Shown: positions 19,659 through 29,776 of the stretch, piece after piece
Position numbering within the stretch: the first letter of the stretch is position 1
Layout of the letters: each line of letters opens with the position of its first letter
From: an uncultured Pseudomonadota bacterium
GTDB taxonomy: Bacteria; UBA10199; JADFYH01
Assembly (NCBI GenBank): GCA_964384365.1
Contig: CAYLKF010000001.1
Coordinates: 124,163-188,162, forward strand
Direction: 5' to 3'
Length of the DNA: 64,000 nucleotides
The notes under the pieces: generated by a model
What the model was told of the DNA's origin: nothing
What the model saw: only the letters and a program-made list of their open reading frames with translations
The model's database searches: none
Made by a program: the position numbers and the translations under genes

Positions 19659-20665
19659 TGAATAAGTCTAAAATTTGTTTTTTTGAAGTTGAAGAATGGG
19701 AAAAAGAAAGCTTGAAAAAAGCTTTACCAAGAGAGTCTCTACTCCTTTGCCCAGATCCGCTCGAAGAGGGCACAGTTCAAGATTTTTTAAGTTGTGAAAT
19801 TCTCTCGAGCTTCGTTTTTTCTCCTCTCAATAAAAAGATTCTCAAACAGATGCCTCAGCTACGCATGATTGCTACTCGTTCGACGGGTTTTGATCACATC
19901 GATCTCGATTACTGTAAACAGCATCGAATTCACGTTGCGAATGTTCCCGTTTATGGAGAGCGCACCGTTGCCGAACACGCCTTTGCCCTAATCTTGGCTT
20001 TAAGCAAAAATCTGGTTTCTTCTATAGAGCACACACGCCAAGGCAATTTTTCTCTCCAGGGTCTTCGTGGAGAAGACTTGCAAAATAAAACTTTGGGGGT
20101 GATCGGAGTTGGAAACATTGGAAAACAAATCATTCAAATTGCCCAAGCCTTTCAAATGAAAATTCTCTGTCATGATCTTGTGCAAGACAAAACACTCGAA
20201 ACCCAATACTCTTGCCAATTTGTAGAACTAAATGAAGTGCTCAAAAATTCTGATATTCTCACACTCCATGTACCCGCTCACTCCAGCACTTATCATCTTA
20301 TTAATCGCTCACATCTCCCCCTCTTCAAGAAGGGCATGATTCTCATCAATACTTCGCGCGGGTCTGTGATTGAAACTCAATGTTTGCTAGAGGGCCTAAA
20401 TCAAAATATTTTTAAAGGACTCGGCCTAGATGTTTTAGAACACGAAGCGCTTTTTCGAAACAAAAATGAGCGCGACCTTCCTCTGAACTCAGAAGAACTA
20501 AGCATTTGGAACGCAAACAAGCTCTTGTTGAATGATCCTCGAGTCTTGATTACTCCCCACAACGCTTTTAATACTCACCAAGCGCTCGAAAGAATTTTAC
20601 AAACCACCTTAGAAAACATAAAAGCTTTTCAAAAAGGAACACTCTTAAATTCAGTGATTGAATGA
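19658..20665 (+). CDS. D-isomer-specific 2-hydroxyacid dehydrogenase
   Basis: GVIGVGNIGKQ NAD-binding motif and catalytic R/E/H region. Its ATG overlaps the upstream stop (TAATG). Confidence 0.8.
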   Translation: MNKSKICFFEVEEWEKESLKKALPRESLLLCPDPLEEGTVQDFLSCEILSSFVFSPLNKKILKQMPQLRMIATRSTGFDHIDLDYCKQHRIHVANVPVYGERTVAEHAFALILALSKNLVSSIEHTRQGNFSLQGLRGEDLQNKTLGVIGVGNIGKQIIQIAQAFQMKILCHDLVQDKTLETQYSCQFVELNEVLKNSDILTLHVPAHSSTYHLINRSHLPLFKKGMILINTSRGSVIETQCLLEGLNQNIFKGLGLDVLEHEALFRNKNERDLPLNSEELSIWNANKLLLNDPRVLITPHNAFNTHQALERILQTTLENIKAFQKGTLLNSVIE

Positions 20666-22041
20666 ATAACAACACCACAATTCACATTGGAGAATCCGGC
20701 TGGCGTGCCATCATTTCAGATGGGTTTACCTGGCCTAAACTTGCTGCGATTGGGCTTGCGCTGGCGCGCTCTCGAACTCCTCAAAAAATAGTGATCGGAT
20801 ACGATAATCGCTTTCTCTCGCCCCTATTCGCCTCGAATCTTGCCGAGATTTTCGAAAATGAAAATTGGAAAGTCGATCTTGTGCGAGAAGTTTTTCCCAC
20901 ACCGGGAATTGCGAAATTAGTGCGAGAAAAAAAATACACTTACGGGCTTGTGATCACAGCCAGTCATAATCCTTACTACTATAACGGGCTTAAAATTTTT
21001 ACCTCCCCGGGCATTTTAACTTCGAAGGCTTTCAATGCCCAGATTTCTGAACAAGCCCAGGGTTTGCTCAAGCAAGATCTGCCCGCATTCAAACCAGAGC
21101 TCCCGAAAAAAACAAAGTTTGATTGGCAGAGAGAATATCTCAAACATCTTTTAGACCATATCGACACTTCGATTATTCGGCGTTCCAAACTTAGAGTCGC
21201 CTGGGATTGCTTTGGAGGAAGCACCTCCAAAATTTCTCCGGCTTTCTTCAAAAAACTTCAGCTCAAAAATTTTGCGGTTCCTTTTACTGAAAATCCGAAT
21301 TTTCAACATCGACGCCTCGAACCAGATTCCGAATCTACTCAAACACTCCGAAAACTTGTGCAAAAAGAAAAAGCGCATGTGGGCTTAGCCACAGATCTCG
21401 ATGGAGATCGTTTTGCCATTCTCGACGAAAAAGGAAATTTTGTTCTACCCAATCTCATAGGCCCTCTGTTCATCAATCACCTTTTAGGCACTCGCCAAGA
21501 AAAAGGCACCCTCTACCAAACGGTGAGCTGCTCAAATTTAAGCCGTCAAATTGCGGAACAATACGGAGCAAAACTCATCGAAGTGCCAGTAGGATTTCAA
21601 AAAATGGGTACGGCGATGGCCGAAGATCCTCAAGCCCTGCTTGGTTTTGAAGAAACGGGCGGAGTGGCCTATGCCCCTTATTTGTTTTTCAAAGATGGTT
21701 TAATGGCCCATGCCTTTATTTTAGAAATTTTGGCCACTCAGAAAAAACCTCTTTCTCAACTGATTCGAGAATTGCTCAAACGTTTTGGCCCTATTTTTTA
21801 TAAACGCCTCGATTTAAAAACTTCTCACGCTGATCAATGGAATGATCCTGAACTCTGGGAAAAGCTCTCCGGAGAAAAAATAACTCAGATTTCAGAACTC
21901 GATGGAAAAAAATTCTATCTTCAATCGGGCTGGGTGTTGGTGCGCCAATCGAAAACTGAAAATTTAATCCGTCTTTATTTTGAATTCAGCCAAGAAAAAA
22001 TGATCAAAAAAATATTCAATCAAGTGAAAAAAATAATATAA
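20662..22041 (+). CDS. Phosphoglucomutase/phosphomannomutase-family enzyme (possible phosphopentomutase role)
   Basis: The TASHNP active-site phosphoserine motif and a DGDRF metal-binding loop are present. Its ATGA overlaps the upstream gene. Confidence 0.8.
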   Translation: MNNNTTIHIGESGWRAIISDGFTWPKLAAIGLALARSRTPQKIVIGYDNRFLSPLFASNLAEIFENENWKVDLVREVFPTPGIAKLVREKKYTYGLVITASHNPYYYNGLKIFTSPGILTSKAFNAQISEQAQGLLKQDLPAFKPELPKKTKFDWQREYLKHLLDHIDTSIIRRSKLRVAWDCFGGSTSKISPAFFKKLQLKNFAVPFTENPNFQHRRLEPDSESTQTLRKLVQKEKAHVGLATDLDGDRFAILDEKGNFVLPNLIGPLFINHLLGTRQEKGTLYQTVSCSNLSRQIAEQYGAKLIEVPVGFQKMGTAMAEDPQALLGFEETGGVAYAPYLFFKDGLMAHAFILEILATQKKPLSQLIRELLKRFGPIFYKRLDLKTSHADQWNDPELWEKLSGEKITQISELDGKKFYLQSGWVLVRQSKTENLIRLYFEFSQEKMIKKIFNQVKKII

Positions 22042-22169
22042 AGGGCAGCGTTTCTGAAATGAGAGAAAAAGTACCGAATTCTCGAAGATTGAATTTAAAG
22101 AATTCTCTATTTTTCTAAAAACATTTCCTTACGGTGCGTTTTTTCGTGAATGAAAGAAATGCTGCCCTT
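22041..22169 (+). repeat. Copy B of the ~134-bp TIR element, with compensatory changes in its terminal stem
   Basis: Termini AAGGGCAGC ... GCTGCCCTT are again perfect reverse complements. The core CATTTCCTTACGGTGCGTTTTTTCG is conserved. It lies 21 nt upstream of the phosphorylase ATG. Confidence 0.55.
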
Positions 22170-22190
22170 TACAAAATAATTTTTTAAGTC

Positions 22191-23681
22191 ATGCCCACAC
22201 TAAAACTAAAAAAAATTGGGATCGATACCTATAAAGAAAATGTCGTCTACATGCCTCGCTATTGTGAGATTTGTCGCAGCCAAGGTTTTCAAGCTCTCTC
22301 TAAAATTAAAGTGCACTGGAAAAATAAAAGCTTACTAGCCACCCTCAACATGACCGAAAATGGGCTTCTAGGCTCCGGAGAAATCGGGTTATCTCATATT
22401 GCTTTTGAGAGGCTTGGAGCTCCCGAAGGAGCTGAAATCTCGATTTCTCATCCTAATCCTTTGCAATCGACCGATTATATCCGTGAAAAATTAGACGGGA
22501 AAATTTTTAATAAAGCTGAACTCCGAGAAATCATCCACGATATTCTTTCTTTCCGCTACTCAAACATCGAGCTCACTGCCTTTGTAACGGCCTGCACCAT
22601 GGAACGCTTAACCGAAGCTGAAATCCTTTCTTTAACAGAAGCTATGGTAGAGACTGGAGAAACAATCGATTGGGAACAACCCTTGGTACTCGACAAACAT
22701 TGCATCGGTGGAATTCCCGGAAACCGCACCACGATGATTGTCGTCCCCATTATAGCCGCTCATGGCCTCCCCATTCCAAAAACTTCTTCGCGGGCCATCA
22801 CCTCTCCTGCCGGCACAGCCGATACAATGGAATCACTCTGTAATGTTTCGCTCAGCTTAAACGAAATGAAAGAGATGGTCGCTCGTGAACACGCTTGCAT
22901 CGCTTGGGGTGGGGCTCTTGCCTTGGCGCCAGTCGACGATATTCTCATTTCGGTGGAGCGCGCGCTCAATATCGATTCTGAGGGTCAGATGGTGGCCTCG
23001 ATTCTTTCAAAGAAAAAAGCAGCAGGCTCTACACACGTACTCCTCGATATTCCGATAGGCCCTACAGCCAAGGTAAAATCGCTCCATTATGCAAGGCGCC
23101 TCAAATTACTCTTCGAAAAAATAGGCAGAAAAATTGGGCTCAAGATCAAAGTTGTTTTCACTCAAGGCATAGAGCCCATCGGAAACGGCATTGGGCCAAG
23201 CTTAGAGGCAGAAGACGTGTTGAAAGTTTTGAATTTAGATCCAAGTGCCCCGGAAGATTTGCAAAAAAAATCTCTCTTGCTCGCTGGAGAACTTTTTGAG
23301 CTCTCCGGAAAAGTGAAAAAAGGGAAAGGCTTGCCACTGGCCAAAGATTTGCTTTTTTCTCGCGAAGCTCTACACAAATTCAACGCCATCTTGAAAAGTC
23401 AGGGAAATACAAAAACACTTACACGCGCAGCTCATACCCATGATTTTCCAAGCCCTCAAACAGGAAAAGTCACTCGCATTCACAATCTCAAGATCGCTAA
23501 AGTGGCAAAACTGGCAGGCGCTCCTCAAGATCATCGTGCGGGCGTTTTGCTTCATCACAAAACAGGAAGCCTGATAAAAAAAGGGGAAGCTCTCTTCACT
23601 ATTTACGCCGAAACTTCAGAAGAACTACACTTTGCCAGCCAATACGCCTATGAAAACCCCGATCTCTACCTCATCCGCTAA
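22191..23681 (+). CDS. Thymidine/AMP phosphorylase-like protein (archaeal-type 'putative thymidine phosphorylase', glycosyltransferase family 3)
   Basis: About 500 aa. The HCIGGIPGNRTT...SSRAITSPAGTADTME motif matches the pyrimidine-nucleoside phosphorylase phosphate/nucleoside-binding region. The N-terminal extension is typical of AMP-phosphorylase homologues. Confidence 0.7.
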   Translation: MPTLKLKKIGIDTYKENVVYMPRYCEICRSQGFQALSKIKVHWKNKSLLATLNMTENGLLGSGEIGLSHIAFERLGAPEGAEISISHPNPLQSTDYIREKLDGKIFNKAELREIIHDILSFRYSNIELTAFVTACTMERLTEAEILSLTEAMVETGETIDWEQPLVLDKHCIGGIPGNRTTMIVVPIIAAHGLPIPKTSSRAITSPAGTADTMESLCNVSLSLNEMKEMVAREHACIAWGGALALAPVDDILISVERALNIDSEGQMVASILSKKKAAGSTHVLLDIPIGPTAKVKSLHYARRLKLLFEKIGRKIGLKIKVVFTQGIEPIGNGIGPSLEAEDVLKVLNLDPSAPEDLQKKSLLLAGELFELSGKVKKGKGLPLAKDLLFSREALHKFNAILKSQGNTKTLTRAAHTHDFPSPQTGKVTRIHNLKIAKVAKLAGAPQDHRAGVLLHHKTGSLIKKGEALFTIYAETSEELHFASQYAYENPDLYLIR

Positions 23682-24858
23682 ACCTTTATTCCGATTACCT
23701 AAAAATGTTTACCTTTTAGGTTTTTTTAGTTTTTTCAACGATCTCACCAGCGATATGATTGGCCCTCTACTTCCTGTTTTTTTGGCAAGCATGGGCTATG
23801 GTGCTGAATTTCTAGGTTTGATGGAAGGAGTTGCCAACGCTCTTTCAAACATCACCAAATTACTCGCCGGCTGGAAGGCCGATCAACTCGGCAGAAGTAA
23901 AAACATCACTATTTTTGGTTATGCCCTCTGTGCTTTTATTCGCCCTCTTTTCGCAATTGCGCATCCGTTCTTCACTTTTACCGCTCGAGTTGTCGATCGT
24001 CTCGGTAAGGGCATTCGCACGGCTCCACGCGATCATCTTTTAACCGCGCACCTCGATCGAAAGTATTGGGGACGAGCTTTTGGGCTTCAACGCACCATGG
24101 ATCATGCGGGATCCTTCTTAGCTCCGTTACTAGCCACTTTGCTGCTCACTATTTTTTCTCTCAAGTTAAGCCATCTTTTTTTAATTGCCAGTATCCCTTC
24201 AATCTTGGCGGTCTTGTTTTTATCGAAACGCCTTACCGAAGCCCCGGCTCCTCTTGAGAAAAAATTTGAAAAGCTCTCCTGGAAAACATTACCCAGGCCT
24301 CTCAAGTATTATGTGGGGGTCATTTTCTTAGCTGCCCTTTCTACCCCCTCTGAACTTTTTCTCATTCTTAAGCTTCAAGAAACAGGGCTTCACATTTCAT
24401 ACACGCCGCTGGTTTGGCTCACCTTTACCGCTTTTGCTATGCTTGCGGCCTTCGCCGGGGGCTATCTGGCAGATCGTTGGAAAGTCACTTCAACTATCGC
24501 GCTCGGCTGGAGCTTGTTTGCGCTGTGCTATCTAGGGTTTGCGTTTAGTTATTCTCTCATGGGTTGTTGGATTCTCGTCGCAATCTTTGGTTTTCAAAAT
24601 GGTTTGGTCGAGGCGGGAGAACGGAGCTTGCCTGCCACCATTGTTTCAAGCCATAAACGTGCCACGGCTTTGGGTTGGTATTACTTTGCTTATGGATTGG
24701 GAGGGCTCCCGGCTTCGCTTCTTTTCGGAATTTTATGGAAGATGTATGGTTCTCAGGTGAGCTTTATTGTGTATGCGTTTCTCACGCTTTTGAGTGTTGG
24801 CCTAATTCTAAAGCTTCCCATAACAAACGCCTCAGAAAAAAAGCCGGAGCCAAACTAG
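23650..24858 (+). CDS. MFS transporter
   Basis: 12 predicted TM segments and MFS loop motifs (GKLSD-like DRLGKG). The start is uncertain; the ORF-track start is 23632. Confidence 0.7.
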   Translation: MKTPISTSSAKPLFRLPKNVYLLGFFSFFNDLTSDMIGPLLPVFLASMGYGAEFLGLMEGVANALSNITKLLAGWKADQLGRSKNITIFGYALCAFIRPLFAIAHPFFTFTARVVDRLGKGIRTAPRDHLLTAHLDRKYWGRAFGLQRTMDHAGSFLAPLLATLLLTIFSLKLSHLFLIASIPSILAVLFLSKRLTEAPAPLEKKFEKLSWKTLPRPLKYYVGVIFLAALSTPSELFLILKLQETGLHISYTPLVWLTFTAFAMLAAFAGGYLADRWKVTSTIALGWSLFALCYLGFAFSYSLMGCWILVAIFGFQNGLVEAGERSLPATIVSSHKRATALGWYYFAYGLGGLPASLLFGILWKMYGSQVSFIVYAFLTLLSVGLILKLPITNASEKKPEPN

Positions 24859-25747
24859 AAGACTTCAATGCTCGATCGGTTTTGAGAAGATTTCGATAAA
24901 CCGAGAGCAAGGTTTTCCAGCTCATCGCTCGCGCAGCATCGAAATATTGATCCACCGCAAAAGGGGGAACTTTTAAAACAGATGCAGCCTGGCCCCCACT
25001 TATTCCACGGCGTTGCAAGACTTTGGCCTTCAATACCAAACGAAAATGCCGAGTTAAAAATCCTAAAAGTTGGAGCGGCACTTCACCATTGGCGATTTTT
25101 TGCTGTAAGAGAGAAAAAACCTCTTCACCCTTTCTTCGATCTAGAGCACGACTCAAATCAAAAATGCTTTTTTCGGAACTTTGGGTCAAAAGCACCAAGA
25201 TTGCTTCTTCGGTAATTTCAGTTTTTTCTCCGAGCGAAAGACTCAGTAAAGTCATTTGATTATGAAGCGCCTCCAGAGAATCACCCACCAGCTCCACCAC
25301 GAGGCGAGCACAAGAAGAAGAAATCTTTTTACCTTCTTCTTTGGCAAAAACAACCACACGCTCGATTAACTCTCGATTTTTCAAAGGCACACAAGAAAAA
25401 CTCTCTGAGAAACCCGCTCCTAATTTACCCAATTCTCGAAACAAGTCTTTTTTTGAAGTAGTCACAATCAAACTACACAATTCATTCTTTTCTTGAGTTT
25501 GAATAATTTTAGTCCATTCCGTTTTTTTGATTTTCTCAGGATTCTCCACACGAATCAGCCGAAACGGAGTAAAAAAGGATCGCAGGCCTAAATCGGTAAT
25601 CAAATCTTCAGAAGATTTTTCAGCGGCATTAAAAACACTCTCCTCAAAATTTGGATGAGCAGCCTTTGCTTGCTGGCGAATTTTTTCTAAGGCTTGCAAA
25701 GCCAGGTAAGATTCATCGTTGAGAATGAGATAAAGAGGAGAAAGCAT
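24782..25747 (-). CDS. holA: DNA polymerase III delta subunit
   Basis: About 320 aa, alpha-helical, with the N-terminal YLILNDESYL pattern of the delta subunit. Its 3' end overlaps the MFS gene 3' end by 77 nt. Confidence 0.55.
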   Translation of the reverse strand: MLSPLYLILNDESYLALQALEKIRQQAKAAHPNFEESVFNAAEKSSEDLITDLGLRSFFTPFRLIRVENPEKIKKTEWTKIIQTQEKNELCSLIVTTSKKDLFRELGKLGAGFSESFSCVPLKNRELIERVVVFAKEEGKKISSSCARLVVELVGDSLEALHNQMTLLSLSLGEKTEITEEAILVLLTQSSEKSIFDLSRALDRRKGEEVFSLLQQKIANGEVPLQLLGFLTRHFRLVLKAKVLQRRGISGGQAASVLKVPPFAVDQYFDAARAMSWKTLLSVYRNLLKTDRALKSSSLAPAFFLRRLLWEALELGQHSKA

Positions 25748-25857
25748 AGAAGTTTATTGAAATTACTCCCCCTTTGTAAAAGGGGGATACAGGGGGATTT
25801 TATAATAAAAAGTTCCTTAATAATAAAGGTACCTTTCTATGAAAAAATCCCTCCTAA

Positions 25858-25878
25858 CCTCCCTTTTTCAAAGGGAGG
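25858..25878 (-). terminator. Stem-loop immediately downstream of leuS
   Basis: CCTCCCTTT-ttc-AAAGGGAGG is a perfect inverted repeat lying 10 nt past the leuS stop. A second hairpin, CCCCCTTT-gt-AAAGGGGG, lies at 25768–25786. Confidence 0.5.
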
Positions 25879-25888
25879 AAATTATTTT

Positions 25889-28366
25889 TTACTTCACCAC
25901 TAAATTCAAGATTTTGCCGGGAACATGAATTACTTTTACAAGCTGTTTATTTTCGAGTTGAGCACTCACCCGCGAATCGGCAAAGGCTAAGCGCTTCAAC
26001 TCTTCTTCGGAGGTGCCAAGGGCCACTTCAAGATTAGCCCTCACCTTTCCATTCACTTGCACCACAATTCGCTGGGTATCGCTCAGCAAAGCTTGGGTAT
26101 CATATTGAGGCCAAGCCTGCTCCGATGCCCTCCCCTCTTTTTTCAGAGCCCCCCATACTTCTTCGGCAAAATGAGGGGTAAAGGGAGAGAGCATAATCAC
26201 CAGCTGAGAAATCAAGCCAGCCACTTCATTTCCTTCTGGAGTGCTTTGAGCAGAAGCTTTTGATTTTGAAAAGAAATCTTGCAGAGCATTGACCAATTCC
26301 ATAATCGCTGCAATCGCCGTATTAAATTGAAAGCGATCAAGATCATCCCCTACTTTTTTTAAAGTTTGATGGAATTTACGCTGCAAATTTTTCAAGTCTT
26401 CGGGAGCCGCATTGAAGCAAAACTTCTTTTCGATCCAAGGCTGAATCAAATTCCAGAGTCGATTTAAAAAACGGTAAGAACCCTCAACCCCTTGATCGTT
26501 CCAATCGAGATCTTTCTCCGGAGGAGCGGCAAAGAGCGAAAAAAGACGAGCGGTATCGGCCCCATACTTCTCAATAAGATAGTTGGGGTCAACGACATTC
26601 CCCTTCGATTTACTCATCTTCGCGCCATCTTTAATGACCATTCCTTGAGTGAGTAAATGCGCAAAAGGCTCTGAAATTTTTACATAAGATAAATCGCGCA
26701 AGACCTTGGTATAAAAGCGAGAATAAAGAAGATGTAAAACGGCGTGCTCGATACCACCAATGTATTGATCCACTCCATCCGGACTCATCCAATAATCGAC
26801 GGCTTTCGAATCAAAGGGCCCTTTGTCAAAATGAGGGGAACAATAGCGCAAAAAATACCAGGAAGATTCCATGAAGGTATCCATGGTATCGGTTTCGCGC
26901 TTTGCGGCTCCATGGCAAGTCGGGCAAGTCACATTCACAAAATCGGAGATCTTCGCCAAAGGAGACCCGCCCTCTCCGGTAAAAGGAACATCCAACGGCA
27001 AAGCCACGGGCAAATCTTTTTCGGGTACAGGCACCGTGCCACACTTCTCACAGTAAATAATGGGAATCGGGCTACCCCAATAACGTTGCCGCGAAATACC
27101 CCAGTCTCTGAGTTTGTAAGTAACTTTCGCAGACCCAACTTTTTTCTCTTCTAAAAATTTGACGATGGCCGTTTTGGCATCTTCGCTGGCGAGTCCATCA
27201 AATTGAGCACTGTGAACCATGATGCCAGGATCGACGTAGGCTTTGGAGGGCGTAGCGAGCGGCGCCCCTACGGGTTGGATGACCTCTTTGATAGGAATCT
27301 GATATTTTTTTGCGAAATCGAAATCGCGTTGATCGTGTGCCGGAACTGCCATCACGGCGCCAGTTCCGTATTCCATCAAAACAAAATTTGCCGCATAAAC
27401 TGGAATTTTTTCGCCGGTGAGAGGATGCTCGGCATAAAATCCTAAGAAGAGCCCTTCTTTTTCGTAATCTTCTGAGAGGCGTTTCTCGCGTTCAATCTTT
27501 TTGTTTCGCTCACGCAATGCTTGCAGGGCCTGGCGGATTTTTTCATCTTGAACGAGCTGATCGACGAGCGGATGATTGAGAGCGAGAGAGAGAAAAGTTA
27601 CGCCATACAAAGTATCGGGGCGTGTGGTAAAAACTTCAATGACCTCTTTTGAATTTTCGATGGAGAAACGAATGGTGGCTCCTATGCTTTTTCCAATCCA
27701 CTCGCGCTGCATCACTAAAACCTTTTCGGGCCAGCCTTTGAGCTTAAACGTATCTTGCAAGAGCTCTTCGGCATAGGCCGTAATTTTAAAAAACCATTGT
27801 TCTAAAGGTTTTTGAATGACTTTGCTCTCACAACGCCAGCAAGCTCCCTGCTCTACTTGTTCATTGGCCAAAACCGTTTGGCATTTTTCGCACCAGTTAA
27901 CGGTAGAATGTTTGCGATAAGCTAAGCCCTTTTTAAACATCTCGGTAAAAATCTTTTGTTCCCAACGATAATACTCCGGATCGCAGGTAGCCACTTCGCG
28001 GTTCCAATCATAAGAAAAACCCATTTTTTTGAGCTGCTCGCGCATCGAGGCAATATTCGATTTTGTCCAGGCAGCCGGATGGGTTTTGTTTTGAATCGCC
28101 GCATTTTCAGCGGGCATTCCGAAGGCATCCCATCCCATCGGATGCAACACATTAAAACCCCGCATGCGCTTAAAACGTGCCACCACATCGCCAATCGTGT
28201 AATTGCGCACATGCCCCATATGAATACGACCCGAAGGGTAAGGAAACATCTCCAAAAGATAATATTTGGGCTTTGAAGGGGCTTCTTCGGCCTTAAAACT
28301 TTGATGTTCTTGCCAATAGTTTTGCCACTTGGGCTCAATGGTTTTGGGGTTGTAGAGTTCTGTCAT
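25889..28366 (-). CDS. leuS: Leucyl-tRNA synthetase
   Basis: [11 protein letters not shown] (HIGH motif), KMSKS and a full 825-aa class Ia architecture. Confidence 0.95.
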   Translation of the reverse strand: MTELYNPKTIEPKWQNYWQEHQSFKAEEAPSKPKYYLLEMFPYPSGRIHMGHVRNYTIGDVVARFKRMRGFNVLHPMGWDAFGMPAENAAIQNKTHPAAWTKSNIASMREQLKKMGFSYDWNREVATCDPEYYRWEQKIFTEMFKKGLAYRKHSTVNWCEKCQTVLANEQVEQGACWRCESKVIQKPLEQWFFKITAYAEELLQDTFKLKGWPEKVLVMQREWIGKSIGATIRFSIENSKEVIEVFTTRPDTLYGVTFLSLALNHPLVDQLVQDEKIRQALQALRERNKKIEREKRLSEDYEKEGLFLGFYAEHPLTGEKIPVYAANFVLMEYGTGAVMAVPAHDQRDFDFAKKYQIPIKEVIQPVGAPLATPSKAYVDPGIMVHSAQFDGLASEDAKTAIVKFLEEKKVGSAKVTYKLRDWGISRQRYWGSPIPIIYCEKCGTVPVPEKDLPVALPLDVPFTGEGGSPLAKISDFVNVTCPTCHGAAKRETDTMDTFMESSWYFLRYCSPHFDKGPFDSKAVDYWMSPDGVDQYIGGIEHAVLHLLYSRFYTKVLRDLSYVKISEPFAHLLTQGMVIKDGAKMSKSKGNVVDPNYLIEKYGADTARLFSLFAAPPEKDLDWNDQGVEGSYRFLNRLWNLIQPWIEKKFCFNAAPEDLKNLQRKFHQTLKKVGDDLDRFQFNTAIAAIMELVNALQDFFSKSKASAQSTPEGNEVAGLISQLVIMLSPFTPHFAEEVWGALKKEGRASEQAWPQYDTQALLSDTQRIVVQVNGKVRANLEVALGTSEEELKRLAFADSRVSAQLENKQLVKVIHVPGKILNLVVK

Positions 28367-28505
28367 GTTCGACTTTTACACTAGAGTTTTTTAAGATGTC
28401 TAGAAGTTAGTCAAAAACATGACAAAGGGAAAAAAGATGATCAAGATCTCTTATGCCCAGGGTATGAAAAAACAAAAACCATCCCAAATTTAGATGGCTT
28501 TTAAA

Positions 28506-29363
28506 TTATTCCGAAGGTCTGCTATTCGGCAATTTCCATTCTTCCTCATGAAGCGTCCAGCCTCCACGCATTGCGACACTGTGAGGCTGATCGCTTTCAG
28601 TTTCATAAAATAGCTGCCAGCCCAATGGAAAATCAGAATAATCTGAATATTTTTCATTATTAGAAGGTCTATTTGCCCAAGCTTGCAGCAAAAGCTCCCT
28701 AGGATTCTCTATCTCAAAACCAAGATTTTCTCTGTACCGACAACGGAGCCCGGAGTACACGCTATAAAGTTGTGCCATCCCATATCCAATACTCTGTCCT
28801 TCTTCTCTACTCCAATCAAATCTCAGAGGATCACGCGCTGCTACTTGCAATCGTCCTTGAAGCACTGCAAATCCTTCTCGGACTATAGTTCGCATTAGAT
28901 CGTAACGACGATCAACTATCGACCTGTCATGTCTCGTCTCAGACTCAATCACAAGACCCGTCGCTTGAAGATCATATTCGGTAGGTAAAAGTCGTATTAA
29001 ATCGAGAATATCTAAAGCATTCAATGATTGAGGGTTAGAACGAAGTCTAGCGATTCCCTCTTCAACGGAATGAAAGCACCTTCCGTAATAACGCATAAGG
29101 GCTATTTGCAACCGATCATTCAACATTCGTCCGGCAGGGAAACTATTGATGATTTGCCGTGCCCGTTCAGCCAATCCTGGAACACCATCAGGAGGCAATA
29201 AACCAGAATCAAAGGGTAAATCACCGCTAGCAACTCGCTCTATAATTCCTATATCCCTTTGTAGAGAAGCAAAGTTTGTAAAAGAAAAACGCCCGCCCCT
29301 ATAAATGTTTATCCCAGTGCTCTGCCAAATATCTTGGACAAGTTGATCTCGTGCATTAACCAT
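28506..29363 (-). CDS. Orphan Arg-rich hypothetical protein
   Basis: 285-aa ORF with no recognised motif. Its upstream leader contains a G8 tract (29575–29582) and a 44-codon ORF in another frame. Confidence 0.4.
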   Translation of the reverse strand: MVNARDQLVQDIWQSTGINIYRGGRFSFTNFASLQRDIGIIERVASGDLPFDSGLLPPDGVPGLAERARQIINSFPAGRMLNDRLQIALMRYYGRCFHSVEEGIARLRSNPQSLNALDILDLIRLLPTEYDLQATGLVIESETRHDRSIVDRRYDLMRTIVREGFAVLQGRLQVAARDPLRFDWSREEGQSIGYGMAQLYSVYSGLRCRYRENLGFEIENPRELLLQAWANRPSNNEKYSDYSDFPLGWQLFYETESDQPHSVAMRGGWTLHEEEWKLPNSRPSE

Positions 29364-29776
29364 CTGGCCATTAACACGACTAGTCTCTCTTACCCCATCT
29401 GGACATAAAAATTGAACCTCGTCTCCGGCATCCAGAAGCCCTCGCCTCGCCCCTCCCCTGGCCGATCTACAATACTATATTCTCTTCCCCCCACATTGAT
29501 TCGGCGGAATTGATTGCTACTCATAAAGATCTCCTAAACAAATAAAGTTCTGCCCCACTGTCTTTATTATCGGCGGGGGGGGTGAGGTTGCTTATTTTTT
29601 TTGAGGAAGTTGGGACTTAAAGATTAAAAATGAAAAGAAGTGAATGGTTTTGTATAAATTGAGAAGATTTTGACACAATGCATTAGCAGGACTCAAGCAC
29701 TGACACAAAATCACCCTGGATACAGGATACAAAATTCATCTTGCCCATTTTTACTTTATTCCCCTATTATAAAGCA

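Noticed and set aside
29390-29524. 44-codon minus-strand ORF MSSNQFRRINVGGREYSIVDRPGEGRGEGFWMPETRFNFYVQMG upstream of the orphan gene, as an independent gene.
   Set aside because: It has no SD or conservation evidence and is G-tract rich. It is more parsimoniously a frame-shifted or alternative N-terminal fragment of the downstream gene. It is discussed in that finding instead.
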